DNA of 64,000 bases from Chiloscyllium plagiosum. Its lineage: Eukaryota. This document shows positions 24,717 to 37,984 of this stretch, piece by piece (the stretch's first letter is position 1; each line of letters starts with the position of its first letter). The notes under the pieces were generated by a model, which saw only the letters and a list, made by a program, of their open reading frames with translations, had not been told where the DNA came from and ran no database searches. A program made the position numbers and the translations under genes. Location: positions 49,795,476 through 49,859,475 of the forward strand of contig NC_057728.1 in assembly GCF_004010195.1 (NCBI RefSeq), given 5' to 3'.

Positions 24717-25562
24717 TAATGTATTTCTGATGTGCGGGTACTGGGGAAACTGCCTGTAAAAGCACCATCAACCAACACCCTATTAAATTTTCACTCCTCT
24801 TTGCAATTGAAGTGTTTAACAGTTCTAAAGTTGTTTATTCATGTGGACATCACTGCCTATTTTTCCCTTGTTCATTTATGGAATGTGGGCATTTCTGACA
24901 AGACTAGCATTTATTACCCAGAGGGCAGTTAAGAGTCAACCACATTATTATGATTCTAGAGCCACATGTAGGCCAGAATAGGTAAGGATGACAGAATTCC
25001 TTCCACAAAGCAAATGGGTTTTTACATAAGCATCATAGTGCTAGCATTTTATTGGATTCAAGTTCCAATACCTGTTTCAGAACATTAGCCTAGGGCTCAT
25101 AGCTCTATTACCAATATCCTACCACCTCCCCAGGACAGTATTTATTGCTCACCCTTGAGAAGGTGTTGGTCAACTGCCTTCTTGAATCAATGCTGTCCGC
25201 AGGATGTAGATTACTTATCACTTTGTGTTCATGACTGGCAGAGGTTATTCTTAATCCTATTATATCAGGCAGCATATGTCCCTATATATAAGGAGAATTG
25301 AGATAATTAGGTAAAATGATCCTCTAATGTTATAACCAAGTTTAACAATTCACCCAAGTTGGTCAACCAGCTACCACATAACCGCAGTAATCTGGATGGT
25401 GATATAGGAAGCATTGCTTTGATGAGATGCTAAATTCCATTTGATATGTAAATTATTTAACCAGATTATACATCATTCCTAATTAGTGAATCTCTTGCAA
25501 AATACCCAGTTAATGAATAGTCTATCCAGAGTTTAACTGCCTTATATGATTTCTTGAATCAA

Positions 25563-25698
25563 ACCTGTATTCCTGATGAAGGGCTTTTGCCCGAAACGTC
25601 AATTTTACTGCTCCTCGGATGCTGCCTGAACTGCTGTGCTTTTCCAGCACCTCTAATCCAGAATCTGGTTTCCAGCATCTGCATTCATTGTTTTTACC
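25563..25698 (+). mobile_element. PLE family A terminal repeat with intact hammerhead core (25573-25600)
   Basis: CTGATGA-AGGGC-TTTT-GCCC-GAAA-CGTC, ends tcattgtttttacc. Confidence 0.88.
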
Positions 25699-26159
25699 CA
25701 GTATGCTATAGTGTCAATGCCTCTCTTTTTGTTATGCCCATGTAACATATATCACAAAAAATTTCTATTCTTGTTGAGACAGATATCTTGAAGTTTATTA
25801 ACAACACAAACTATTTTCACTGTTACAATGTCTCAGAATTAAACATAGTCTCAGTTCTCTGCTTATTGACTATTGCTGTTACAATTGCTGTTGCTACAAC
25901 AATAATAGCTGCTGAAGGTGAGATGAGTACTTTTAAACTGGAATAGCACATGGCTTAATATCATCAAAATGTCTTAACAGTACACTTCCTGGCTGGGCTG
26001 GAATTTATGCATCATGCAACCTTGCCTTATTTATCATTGTCAGGCTGAGTTGGCATTGTATTAAAAAGACAAGAAAGTTTGTTATTCCTTGTTTCTGAAT
26101 TTACATGCACTCCAGCAAAAAAAATTCATTTACTTCAGTGTCAGAAATGCTGTTTCTTA

Positions 26160-26440
26160 GATTATATATGAAACTGAGGCCTCATTTATCCTCTCAGATG
26201 GATGTAAGGCATCCCACACCATTATTTTGTACAAGGGCAGAGGAGTCTTGCCAATGTCCTGTCCAATATTTATCCATTACCGTCACCGTAAGCGGATTGT
26301 CTGGTGATGGTCATATTGCTGGTTTGGGGAACCTTTGGTGGATAATACTGCTGCTGGGATTTTGACTTTAGAGTGGTGACTAAATGGTTTTTGGAAATCT
26401 CATGGTTGTGAAGAGCACTACAGAAATGAAAATCCTTTTT
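26160..26440 (+). mobile_element. Deu-domain SINE fragment (other copies at about 24175-24330 and 45375-45750)
   Basis: ctcagatggatgtaaggcatccc...tgtcctgtccaatatttatcc Deu-like core. Confidence 0.6.
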
Positions 26441-27464
26441 TTATATAACTCAACAGATTTGAAATTTCCTTGGAGAAGAGACAGGTGACTTTAGGAGGCA
26501 GTTCTTTGTGATGTTGATGGGAAGTTGTTTCTGAGTATGTACAAGGAGTTTGGTGTTGTGGTAGTGTCTACTCGGTCAGTAATCCTGTCGGCCCAGGTTA
26601 ATGCTCTCAGTATCCTGGGTTCAAATCCGACTGTGTCACCTGGGGGAATACACATCCAACTAAAATAATCTGCAAGGGTTAGATCAGTAGTAGTGACCAT
26701 GAAGTTATTGTTGATTGCTGTATTGAACTGTTTACTAACTCCTCTGGAAAGAGACATCTGCCATCCTTACCCAATCTGACTTACATGTGATTCCAGACTC
26801 TCGGCATTGCAGTTAACTGCTGTCCAATGTGGCCCCTTCATTCAATACAAGGGATAGGTATCAATGCTGGAGAGTTTCCATGTCACAGCAGAGAGCAACA
26901 ACCAGCCTGCCCAGCTATCAGTGCCCCAATACTGGGACTTGTTCATACATATCTTCTGCATTAACATGTACATGTAATTGTGTCATGGCATTGACACGTA
27001 CCTCGTTTGAGCCATGACTTGACCTCATCCAGACGGGCTCTTCTTCAGCTATGAACTCCAGCAGACATTTCAACGTTTGAGAAAAAGTGAAATAGTTTCA
27101 GAGATGACTTATTCTGATGTTACCATTTTAATATATTTTGTTTGTATTTTCTAACTATTTCATGCACAGCATATTTATCTGTGAGAGGTTCCATGGATCT
27201 GGGGGCCTTTATGTTCCTTGGCTGATGGCTTGAATTCCAGGTAAATCCATCACTTAGCTTCACCAGTCTGCCATTGTCTGCAGTCCTCTGGCTCTGACAC
27301 TGAGGTGTGTTTTAGTCACAATTTGCATTTCAAAATCCATTGCTGAATCCAAGGGGAAAGTTGGTAAAAGGGCATTGGAAATGAATTGTTCTGCTCCCAC
27401 TGGAGCTCCACTCTGAGGTATGAAAGACCAGTTGGTCCCATTCCTACGTTTTCTGATTATTCCT

Positions 27465-27580
27465 TCTGTCAGAACTCATCGTTATTCACTCATCAGGACA
27501 GATGCAAGAATGCCACATTTCGAATTGTGTATCAATTTATACTGCATGAGGGAAGGAGGTGATTGGTTTTCAAGTTGAGG
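27465..27580 (-). mobile_element. Family D hammerhead-bearing repeat fragment
   Basis: TCTGTC-CTGATGA-GTGAATAAC-GATGAGTTCT-GACAGA: 6-bp stem I with a decayed GAAA. Confidence 0.55.
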
Positions 27581-28419
27581 TTGGCATCCTGGCATGGTGA
27601 ATGCACTAGGGAGCTGGAGCTGGGGAGCAGCTGGTGTTTCGAGATTAGTAACCCTGAATCCCAGGCTGAGGTTCTGGGCACATGGGCTCAAAGCCTACCA
27701 TGGCAGCTGATGAATTTCAATTTCAATTAAAAAAACCTGGAGTAAAAAGCTAGCCAGTTGCAACTGTTGATTGTCATAAAACCCCATCTGGTTCACTAAC
27801 GTCCTCTAGGCAAGGAAATCTGCCATCCTTACCTGGTCTGACCTCCCAGACTCACAGCAATGTGATGGATACTTAACTGGCCTCTGGGAATTTAGGGACA
27901 GGTCATAAGTATGAACCAGTGCCGCCCACATCCCATGAATGAATAAAAATAAACTACTGCACACTACTACCCCACCCCATGTTTTTATTTTATAATTAAT
28001 TTCAAAGTTACTTTCAACCAATAGAACAGAGTTTTAGACCATGAGCTTGACCTTGAGATTCTTCCCTTTATTGTTTTTTGATTTCCAGTTGGTGTTACAC
28101 TGACACACAATGTTTTCCCGATGTTCTCCATTTAAAAGGTTGTACCAGTGAATGTGGGCTAGGGGTGGACTCTGCTACCGGGAGGTTCCTCACTTCTATC
28201 CTTTGAGAGGGCTCAGTGAAATTCACAGATGGCATGTACCCCTTTTGAAACCTTCACTCAGAGAAGGTGAACAAGTACAGTGGGAATGGGATATCAATCA
28301 CCCCCCTCAAAATACTATCGCCGATCAATTGCTCAATATGCTTTGATATCCTGTGTTGGAGCTCCCTCTTCTGTCACTTCTAACAGTTGCATATTTGTAT
28401 GTGATCGACATACAAATGT

Positions 28420-30520
28420 AGTACACCACACTAGGTTAACGTCCAACAGGTTTATTTGGAAGCACTTTCGGAATGCTGCTCCTCCATCAGGTAGCCGTGG
28501 AGCAGGACCATAAGACACAGACTTTATAGCAAAAGATTACAGTGTCGTGCAGCTGAAATGATATATTGAACAAACCTAGATTGCTGTTAAGTCTTTCATC
28601 TTTTAGAATGGGTTACAGGCTTCAGTTCATTAATATTTAAGAAGGCTGGAAAGGATAAGCCAGGGAACTATAGACCAGTGAGCCTGATGTCGGTGGTGGG
28701 CAAGTTGTTGGAGGGAATCCTGAGGGACAGGATGTACATGCATTTGGAAAGGCAAGGACTGATTAGGGATAGAGGAGAAAGTGAGGGCTGCAGATGCTGA
28801 AGATCAGAGCTGAAAATGTGTTGCTGGAAAAACGATTAGGGATAGTCAACATAGCTTTGTGCATGGAAATCATGTCTCACAAACTAGATTGAGTTTTCTG
28901 ATGAAGTAACAAAGAGGATTGATGAGGGCAGAGCGATAGATGTGATCTATATGGACTTCAAGGCGTTCGAAAAGGTTCCCCATGGGAGCAAGGTTAGATC
29001 TCAAGGAATACATGGAGAATTAGCCTTTGGATACAGAACTGGCTCAAAAGTAGAAGACAGAGGGTGGTGGTGAAGGTTTGTTTTTCAGACTGGAGGCCTG
29101 TGACCAGTGGAGTGCCACAAGGATCGGTGCTGTGTCCTCTACTTTTTGTCATTCACATAAATGATTTGGATGCGAGTATAAGAGGTACAATTAGTAAGTT
29201 TGGAGATGACAACAAAATTGGAGGTGTAGTGGACAGCGAAGAGGGTTACCTCAGATTACAACAGGATCTGGACCAGATGGCCAGTGGGCTGAGAAATGGC
29301 AGATGGAGTTTAATTTAGATAAATGCGAGGTGCTGCATTTTGGGAAAGCAAATCTTAGCAGGACTTATACACTTAATAATAAGGTCCTAAGGAGTGTTGC
29401 TGAACAAAGAGACCTTGGAGTGCAGGTTCATAGCTCCTTGAAAGTAAGTCGCAGATAGATAGGATAGTGAAGAAGGCATTTGGTATGCTTTCTTTTATTG
29501 GTCAGAGTATTGAGTATAGGAGTTGGGAGGTCATGCTCGGCTGTACAGGACATTGGTTAGGTCACTGTTGGAATATTGCGTGCAATTCTGGTCTCCTTCC
29601 TATCGGAAAGATGTTATGAAACTTGAAAGGGTTCAGAAAAGATTTACAAGGATGTTGTCAGGGTTGGAGGATTTGAGTTATAGGGAGAGGCTGAATAGTC
29701 TGGTGCTGTTTTCCCTGGAGCGTCGGAGGCTGAGGGGTGACCTCATAGAGGTTTACAAAATTATGAGGGGCATGGATAGGCAAAGTCTTTTCCCTGGGGT
29801 CAGGGAGTCCAGAACTAGAGGGCATAGGTTTAGAGTGAGAGGGGAAAGATATTGAAGAGACCTAAAGGGCAATTTTTTCACACAGTGGGTGGTGCGTGTA
29901 TGGAATGAGTTGCCAGAGGAGGTGGTGGAGGCTGATACAATTGCAACATTTAAGAGGCATTTTGATTGGTAAATGAATAGCAAGGGTTTGGAGGGATATG
30001 GGCCAGATGCTGGCAAATGGGACTAGATTGGATTGGGATATCTAGTCGGCATGGACGGGTTGGACCGAAGGGTCCGTTTCCGTGCTGTACATCTCTATGA
30101 CTCTATGACTCTGTAAATCCCAGAACTACATTTAAGTCATATTCTTGAGATAACAAGTATTTATTGTAAAAATGTGACATTCCTGCTCAGACAATGCATT
30201 GAAGGCATGAGCTTAGAGTCTGTCTGTATCCCAATCTTGAGTCAGACTGGTTCTATTTTCAAAATAGGAATTATAAAATATTACATGGATTGACTGCCTG
30301 CAGGTTGTACACTTTTTGCGCAAAATACAATGCATCTGCAAATGTAATTCTGCAGATGCAAATTCACCCCGTAGACCTATTTATGTGAGTGTGTGTATGA
30401 GAGAGAGAGAGATAGAGAGAATGTGAGTGTGTGCTTGTGAGTATGAGTGTGCATGAACCTGGTGTTGTGTGATTTTTAACTTTGTCCACCCCAGTCCAAC
30501 ACTGGCTCCTCTACAACATG
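28420..30520 (-). mobile_element. PLE-like family B element with inverted terminal repeat, interrupted by CR1 (28640-30112)
   Basis: Family B terminus at 28420-28520, body resumes at 30113, (GT)n(GA)n tract, inverted end at 30456-30520. Confidence 0.7.
28640..30112 (+). mobile_element. 5'-truncated HER1/CR1 LINE with a 61-bp family A fragment (28773-28833)
   Basis: PGNYRPVSL, SGVPQGSVL, SKFGDDNKIG, YCVQFWSP. Nested fragment has 12-bp TSD gattagggatag. Confidence 0.95.
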
Positions 30521-30940
30521 ACATACAAATAAGTTACATTTGTGTAGCAACCTGTCACAAGCTCAGGATGCCTCCAGGCACTTTGCGGGTAATGAAGCAG
30601 CTGTCTGTCTCTGCAGTCATGCAGGAGACAACTTGTGCACTGCAAGCTCCCATAAATAGCGTTCATTAAAATTGATTCATAGGATGTGGGCGTCCCTCGC
30701 TGGTCCGGTATTTTCATTGCCTACCGGGCAATTCAAAGTCAACCATGTTGATGGAGTGGCTGTGCAGTCACATGTAGTCAGACCAAGTAAGGATTGCAAT
30801 TTCCTCGCCGAAAGGACATTATTGAACCAGGTGGGCATTCCCTGAACATTCAGTTTCCACCATGTGCCATGGCAAGATTTGAACCCAGGTCCCCAGAATG
30901 TCATTTGGGTCTCTGATTTAATAGTCCAGCATTAATACTA

Positions 30941-31165
30941 GGTTAGTGGTGCTGGAAAAGCACAGCAGTTCAGGCAGCATCTGAGGACCAGTAAAACTGA
31001 CGTTTTGGGCAAAAGCCCTTCATCAGGAATACAGGCAGAGTGCCTGAAGGGCCTGTATTCCTGATGAAGGGCTTTTGCCCAAAACGTCGATTTTACTGCT
31101 GTGCTTTTCCAGCACCACTAATCCAGAATCTGGTTTCCAGCATCTGCAGTCATTGTTTTTACCCG
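30941..31165. mobile_element. PLE family A inverted pair inside a family B SINE
   Basis: Two hammerhead copies in opposite orientation. TSD gcattaatacta at 30929-30940 and 31166-31177. Confidence 0.9.
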
Positions 31166-31227
31166 GCATTAATACTACTCAGGCATTGCCTCTCCTATTA
31201 AGTTATAGTTGCTTGCTGAGCTAGGTT

Positions 31228-31520
31228 GAGGGATGTACAGCACAGAAACAGACCCTTTGGTCCAAATCGTCCATGCCGACCAGATATCCCAACCTAATCC
31301 AGTCCCCACCTGCCAGCACCTGGCTCATATCCCTCCAAATCCTTCCTATTCATATACCCATCCAAATGCCTTTTAAATGTTGCACTTGTACCGGCCTCCA
31401 CCACTTCCTCTGGCAGCCCATTTCACACACTCACCACCCTCTATGTGAAAAAGCTACCCCTTGGGACTCTTTTATAGCTTTCCCCTCTCACCCTAAACCT
31501 ATGCCCTCTAGTTCTGGGCT
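31228..31520 (-). mobile_element. CR1 3' fragment
   Basis: Reverse RTRGHRFRVRG and CR1 3' UTR. Confidence 0.9.
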
Positions 31521-31836
31521 CGCACCCTGTTCTCTGGTGTGGTTCTTCATCATTCGGACTCCAAGGTGATACACAGTTCACTTTTGGTAAAGTTCCCAGC
31601 GCAATGTAACCAGAAAGAATCACACCACCGCCCTCTTCAATCCACTGTGGACAGCCTAGTTTTAAATTTTTTTTTAAACTCTGGAAGGGTTGCTAAATCA
31701 AAGAAATTTCTGGAGAATTGGAAATATCATTGACACAGGAAGACTGGAAAATAAACCAAGGGCTAGAGTCAGGGACAAACCATTTCCAGCCCAATAGTGT
31801 CCCAGGGGTGCAGATAAGCTGATTGGAAAAGAACAA

Positions 31837-31922
31837 TGAAGAAGGGCTTATGCCCGAAACATCGATTCTCCTGTTCCTTGGATGCTGCTTGACCTGCTGC
31901 GCTTTTCCAGCAACACATTTCA
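31837..31922 (+). mobile_element. PLE family A terminal repeat fragment
   Basis: tgaagaagggcttatgcccgaaacatcgattctcc. Confidence 0.8.
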
Positions 31923-32410
31923 AGGCTGATTTATTGCCTTTCACTAACTGACTTTAAACTGAGTGCCTTGCTGGGACCACTTCAGAGAGCAGTAGAGAAT
32001 CTACCGCATTGCTTTGGGTCGAGAGCAGATCAGACCAGAGAAGGATGGCAGGGTTCCCTCTCCAAAGGGCGTTAGTGAAGGAGTTTTAACGACAATTGGT
32101 GATAGTCTTAATGCTCGGCATTATTGAACTTAAATCTCACATGCTGCCCTGGTGGGATTTGAACACACATCCATTCTCAGCAGCTTTATCTTGGGTCTCT
32201 GGAGTCTTAATCCAGTGACATCACCACCACACACAACAATTTTCCCTTTCCCAGTTAAGGAGAAAGATAAAATTAAAGACAAAGATTACTTTGATAGTCA
32301 TATGAATTAAATCACTTGCCTATGTGAAAAGTGACTGTTCAGATCTTCAGAAAGCATATACAGGGAGGCAATGGGCTAAGTGCCATTATCGCTGGGTTGT
32401 TAATCCAGAG

Positions 32411-32704
32411 AGGAGAAAGTGAGGACTGCAGATGCTGAAGGTCAAAGTTAAAAAGTGTGGTGCTGGAAAAGCACAGCCGGTCAGGCAGCATCGAGGAGCA
32501 GGAGAATCGACGTTTCAAGCATAAGCTTTTCATCAGAAATTTGGGGGAGGCCCAAGGGGGCTGAGAGATGTATGGGACAGGGTGGAGCTGGGGGGAAGGT
32601 AGCTGGGAATACGATAGGTAGATGGAGGTGCTTGAAATGTCAACTCTCCTGCTCCTCAGATGCTGCCTGACTGGCTGTGCTTTTCCAGCACCACACGTTT
32701 TAAC
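32411..32704. mobile_element. PLE family A inverted pair inside a family B SINE
   Basis: Inverted arms, imperfect TSD tgttaat(c/t)cag. Confidence 0.8.
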
Positions 32705-33423
32705 TGTTAATTCAGTGACCCAGGTAATGTTCTGGCACCCAGGTTTGAATTCCATTACAGCAGATGGTGGGATTTGAATTCAATAAATATCTGGAATTAA
32801 GAATCTGCTGATGGTCATGTCAATTGTTGTTAAAAATCCATATAGTTCGCTGGTGGCCTACATGTGACTCCAGACTCACAGCCATGTGGTTGAGTCTTAA
32901 CTGTCCTCTGGGCCATTAGGGATGAGCAGTAAACGCTGCCCTGGACAGTGACAGTAAAGTATTTTAAAAACAAAACTGCTCTACAGTTTTTTAAATCATG
33001 GAGAGGGGTTAGATCAGATTCATCAGAATTGCACCAGGGAAGTGGGAGTCCTGCTGTATGGGCCAAATGGAGTAGGCTAACTCGTTCTGTTACAGCTGAA
33101 AGGCCCAAGGGGAGACATAAAGGAGGCATTTGAGATTGTATGGAGTTTTGATAAAGTAAATAAGGAGAAAGTGTTTCCAGTGGCAGTAAATTCGGTGTCC
33201 AGCGGAAACAGATTTCAAGATTCTTGGCAAACAAAGACGAAAATAACATTTTTTATGCAGTGAGTCACTCTGATCTTGAATGTGCTGCCTGAAAGGGAAA
33301 TAGGAGCAGCCTCTGTTGGAATTATCAAAAGATCATTCGATAAATACTTGGAAAAGAAAATAAATACAGAGTTGTGAAGAAAATTAAATTATGATAATAC
33401 AGGATTATGAGAATACAGGATTG

Positions 33424-33741
33424 TGGGCGGCACGGTGGCACAGTGGTTAGCACTGCTGCCTCACAGCGCCAGAGACCCGGGTTCAATTCCCGCCTCAGGC
33501 GACTGACTGTGTGGAGTTTGCACGTTCTCCCCATGTCTGCGTGGGTTTCTTCCGGGTGCTCCAGTTTCCTCCCACAGTCCAAAGATGTGCAGGTCAGGTG
33601 AATTGGCCATGCTAAATTGCCCGTAGTGTTAGGTAAGGGGTAAATGTAGGGGTATGGGTGGGTTGCCCTTCGGCGGGGCGGTGTGGACTTGTTGGGCCGA
33701 AGGGCCTGTTTCCACACTTTAAGTAATCTAATCTAATCTAG
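33424..33741 (+). mobile_element. Young full-length HE1-type V-SINE inside an old CR1 3' UTR
   Basis: Intact A and B boxes, CpGs retained, (atcta)n tail. Confidence 0.95.
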
Positions 33742-34389
33742 GATTATAGGGAATACCGGGTAATGAGAAAATATCAGGGGATTGGATCTAATGGGATAGC
33801 TTTTCCCAATTTAATGTGGTGAACCGAATGGACAGGGAATATTTACCTGAGAATGTTGTAACTGTATCATGGATTCAGGATTGTTAAAGCACAGAGGAAG
33901 GCTATTCGACCCACTGTGTCCCTCCCTGATAGCTCTTCTGCAAACCCTAACTCCACCACATCCATGAACAATTTTCCTCTCCTCCTCCTCAAGTGTTTAG
34001 AGTATTTAGAAAATGTAGAAACATGTATAGCAAAGAAGGAGGGCACTCTGCCCACCATGTTTGTGCCAGCCAGGAAAACAAGCCACCCAGTGTAATCACA
34101 GTTTCCAGTACTTGGTTCATGCCATGCTACCTTGTCTCTGTAACATCAACCTGCTACGTTTCCATTTGTTTCCTCAGCTTGTCTGCTTTATTTGCTAAAG
34201 TCCTTGCATTGACGTTTTTTTAAATTCATTCCTGGAATGTTAATGTCACTGGTTGGACCAGCACTTATTGCAAAGAAGCATGGAACATGCTGGAGAAACT
34301 CAGCAGTTCTGGCAGCATCTGTGGAGAGAAAACAGAGTTAATGTTTCAAGTCCCATAAGAATCTTCTTCAAGTGTGAGGTCAAGTATGT

Positions 34390-34850
34390 TTTTCCCTCTT
34401 ATTGGCTCCCTGACCCCCAACCGTAGATCCCATCCAGCAGTTACTTCTTTTAAAGATCGACCAATCTAGTCCCTAGTGGGGTTAGCAAGCCACTCTTGGT
34501 GGTGGACATTGAGGTAGATTGCGTAACCCTATCCACCCTCAGTGCTTCCTCCAACTGGTGTTCATCATGGAGGAGTACTGATTCACTAATCAAGGTGGTG
34601 CAGGCTTCGGTTATCAGCAGGAGATTTCCTTGCTCAGACTTGACTTGTTGCCATGAAATCCCATTGAGTCCACAGTCAATGTTGAGAACTCCCAGGGCAA
34701 TGTCCTCCTGGATTACACCATTGTGTGCTGCCTCCTGTTCTGGACCCATCCTGCTGGTGGGACAGGACATATCATGGATAGTACGGGTGTTACCTGGGAC
34801 ACTGTCTGAAGGTATGATTCTGTGGGTATAACTATGTCAGGCTGCGGCTG
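34390..34850 (-). mobile_element. LINE AP-endonuclease fragment, a family distinct from HER1
   Basis: GVLNIDCG...SWQQVK..QGNLLLIT...SVLLH.EH.LEEALRV, followed in another frame by NVHHQEWL. Confidence 0.65.
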
Positions 34851-35068
34851 CTCTTGGGGAAGTGGTGTCCCCACCTGGTCTAGCCTCCTTATGACCCCAG
34901 ACTTGCAACGATGTACTTGATTTCAAATTGCACTCTGGTCTATTAGGAATGGTCAATAAATGGTGGCTTATCTAGCCACAGCTACATTGGATAAATGATT
35001 AAAGGCAACTCTGTGAGACAGTTCTCTAAGTTTTGGCACTACCCTGACGTGGCACAGGGACTAACATG

Positions 35069-35418
35069 TGGCACAACATGGGTGGTTCAGTGGTTAACAC
35101 CACTGCCTCATAGCACCAGGAGCGATTCCACCCTTGGCTGACTGTCTGTGTAGTTTGCACATTCTCCCTGTGTCTGTGTGAGTTCCCTCTGGTGCTCCGG
35201 TTTCCTCCCACAGCCCAAAGATATCCAGGTTAGGTGAATTGACCGTGCTAAATTGCCCACAGTGTCCAGGGATGTGCATGCAAGGTGGGTTAGCCATAGA
35301 AAATTAAGGGTTAGAGGGTTAGGGTCGGGGGGAATGAGTCTGGATGGGATGCTCTTCAGTGGGTCAGTGTGACTCAATGGGCTGAATGGCCTGCTTCAAC
35401 ATTGTAGGGATCCAATGA
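35069..35418 (+). mobile_element. HE1-type V-SINE (older subfamily)
   Basis: A box, V-domain and CR1-like tail. Confidence 0.85.
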
Positions 35419-35689
35419 TAATCCAGAGATTACTATCTTTAAAGTCATGCTGTTCAATTTCTTTCCAAACTCCTTAAACCTTTTCTACAGGACCTCATCC
35501 ACCTTTCATCAGTACATTTAAACACCACAATCACCTTCTGCTCCAGAACATACTGCATCTGGTCAGTGACCTCCGTGACCCTGATGTCAGGGGACAACGT
35601 ATAGATTCTGGATTCATTTTGCTGTGAGAATGCCAGCCTGCTCCCCTAACTATAGAATCCCTATTAATTCCAGTGTTGTTCAGAGGACA

Positions 35690-36680
35690 CTGAAAGTCTG
35701 CAGGGGGATATGGATCGGTTAAGTGAGTAGGCAAGGGTCTAGCAGATGGAGTACCATGTTCATAAATGTGAGGTCATCCAATTTGGCAGAAATAAGAGCA
35801 AACTGGACTATTATTAAATGGTGAAAAATTGCAGTATGCTGCTGTACTGTGTGTCCTTGTGCATGGATCACAGAACGTTGGTTTGCAGGTGCAGCAGATA
35901 ATTAAGAAAGCAAATGGAATATTGTTTCTTCATTGTCAGAGGGATAGAATGCAAAAACAGGGAGGTCATACTGCATCTGTATGGGGTGTTGGTGAGGCCA
36001 TACCTGGTGTACTGTGTACAATCTTGGTCTCTTTACTTGAGAAAGGATGTAGCTGGAGGGGGTACTGAGGAAGTTCACTAGGTTGACTCCGGAGTTGAGA
36101 GGGTTGTTTTGTGAGGAGAGATTGAGTAGACCGGGACTATACTCATTGGAATTTAGAAGAATGAGGAGAGATATTATAGAAACATCTAAAATTACAAAGG
36201 AAGTAGGTGAGACATAAGCAGGGAGATTGTTTCCACTGGCGGATGAAACTAAAACCAAGGGGCAGAGCCTCAAAATAAGGGGGAGCAGATTTGGGACTGA
36301 ATTGGGGAGGAACTTCTTCACCCAAAGTGTTGTGAATCTGTGGAAATCCCTCAGCAAAAGTGAGGACTGCAGATGCTGGAGATCAGTCGAGAGTGTGGTG
36401 CTGGAAAAGCACAGCAAGTCAGGCAGCATCTGAGGAGCAGGAAAATCAACGTTTTGGGCAAAAGTCCTTCATCAGGAATTCCCTGCCCGGTGAAGCAGTT
36501 GAGGCTACCTCATTAAATGTTATGAAGGCAATAGATGGATAGATTTTTGATTAGTAAAGGAATTGAGGGTGATGGTGAGCGGGTGGGTTAAGTGGAGTTT
36601 AGTCCATGAAAAGATCCACCATGATCTTATTGAATGGTGGAGCCGGCCCATTGGATCAGATAGCCTACTCCTGCTCATAT
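35690..36680 (+). mobile_element. CR1 3' fragment with a nested family A repeat (36352-36478, - strand)
   Basis: RT C-terminal motifs, RNFFTQSVVNLW. Nested TSD ggaa(a/t)tccct. Confidence 0.9.
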
Positions 36681-36759
36681 TTCTTATATTATTATATTTC
36701 TTCCTTCTATAAATATGGTATCTGTGGTACCACAGGCTTGGCTCTGGCAGTACTCCTAC

Positions 36760-37100
36760 ACTCGAACTGCCCCCTTCCCAGAACCCCTCCTCCAGATGAG
36801 CCAACACGCTCATCAGTCTTCGTAAATACTGGTTAGATAGTGGGATACGCTGCGGAGATTCCTGTACTGTTTCTTTTCCTGCTGCCAAACCCCATCTCCC
36901 TGTGTACTTTAATCTGTTGGAGAACCACACCAATAAATATGCTCACTATGTAGCTCTTAACCTCATGGGTACACCGCTGTGACATTGGCTCCCGATCAAG
37001 CTCTGAAATCTGGAGCTCAAGCTGCGGATACTTCCTGCAGAAATGGTTGTCAAGGACGTGGGAAACATCCTTAATTCATACAGTACACAGGGCATGAACC
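36760..37100 (-). mobile_element. CR1 ORF1 N-terminal (Zn-finger/zipper) remnant
   Basis: - strand DVSHVLDNHFCRKYPQLELQISELDRE. Confidence 0.5.
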
Positions 37101-37984
37101 CTTGAGGCTGGAGCCACCGACATTACTTTATTTATTAACTGCTAATCTCATTGCTATTAATGAACCTTGATAACTAGTAACAAATGTGCCGGATTCCTTG
37201 ATGAAATGATTCCAATATTTTGGATTATCATGTGATACTCCATGTTTGTTCAACACCAGATTGTCTAGTCGTTCACACAGGGTTCCCAACACCCATGGAA
37301 TGTCCCCAGGCATTAAAGATTAATTTCTAGGAAGGCGAGAGAAAAACTCAGATGAGAGTCTTTAAAAATAGAGTCTTTCTTTTGGTTTATCTTTAGTTTA
37401 TTCACCAGAAAAATTATTGGCAGTGGAAACAGTAAGTGTCACACTAGTGGGGTCTGTGAGGTGACCAAGGATAGGAGTGTTGCGGGGGAGGATAGATCAT
37501 GTGATGAGAGCTCCAGGAATACATCCAACCCAAGTTATCCACTCCTCATCTCTCACTTGATTTGTTGTTCTTGTAACTTATTTAAGTGGTTGTAGATTTT
37601 TGGCTTGTCAGCGGTTCGCATGATTAAACCCTCTTTAATCAAATCCTTCAGAGTGTGAATTTTAATCTGCCTTTCGTCCTTTGTGAGCGTAGAAAATAGT
37701 AAACTGAATCTTAACAGTTTAGAGACACAATTCCTCATGACAGCAGCAGATAGATCAATGACCTTTGCTTCTTCCTGTCAAGGATGGTTGGTGGCAGTAA
37801 ATAATCTCAATCAGCCTTTACCCAGTTCCACCCCCCCCACCCCCACCCCTGGGGGCAAATACCAGAAAGTGCCAGGAATGCTTGTCTGGAAAAATAGCAC
37901 AGTTTGGAGAAGGAACTCCAGAGGTCAGGGGTCAGGTAGCTGAGGGCACAATGGCCGATAATGAAGAGATTCAAATCAGGCAAT

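Noticed and set aside
33424..33500. Functional tRNA genes at HE1 heads
   Set aside because: The A and B boxes continue into V-domain SINE bodies with LINE-derived tails.
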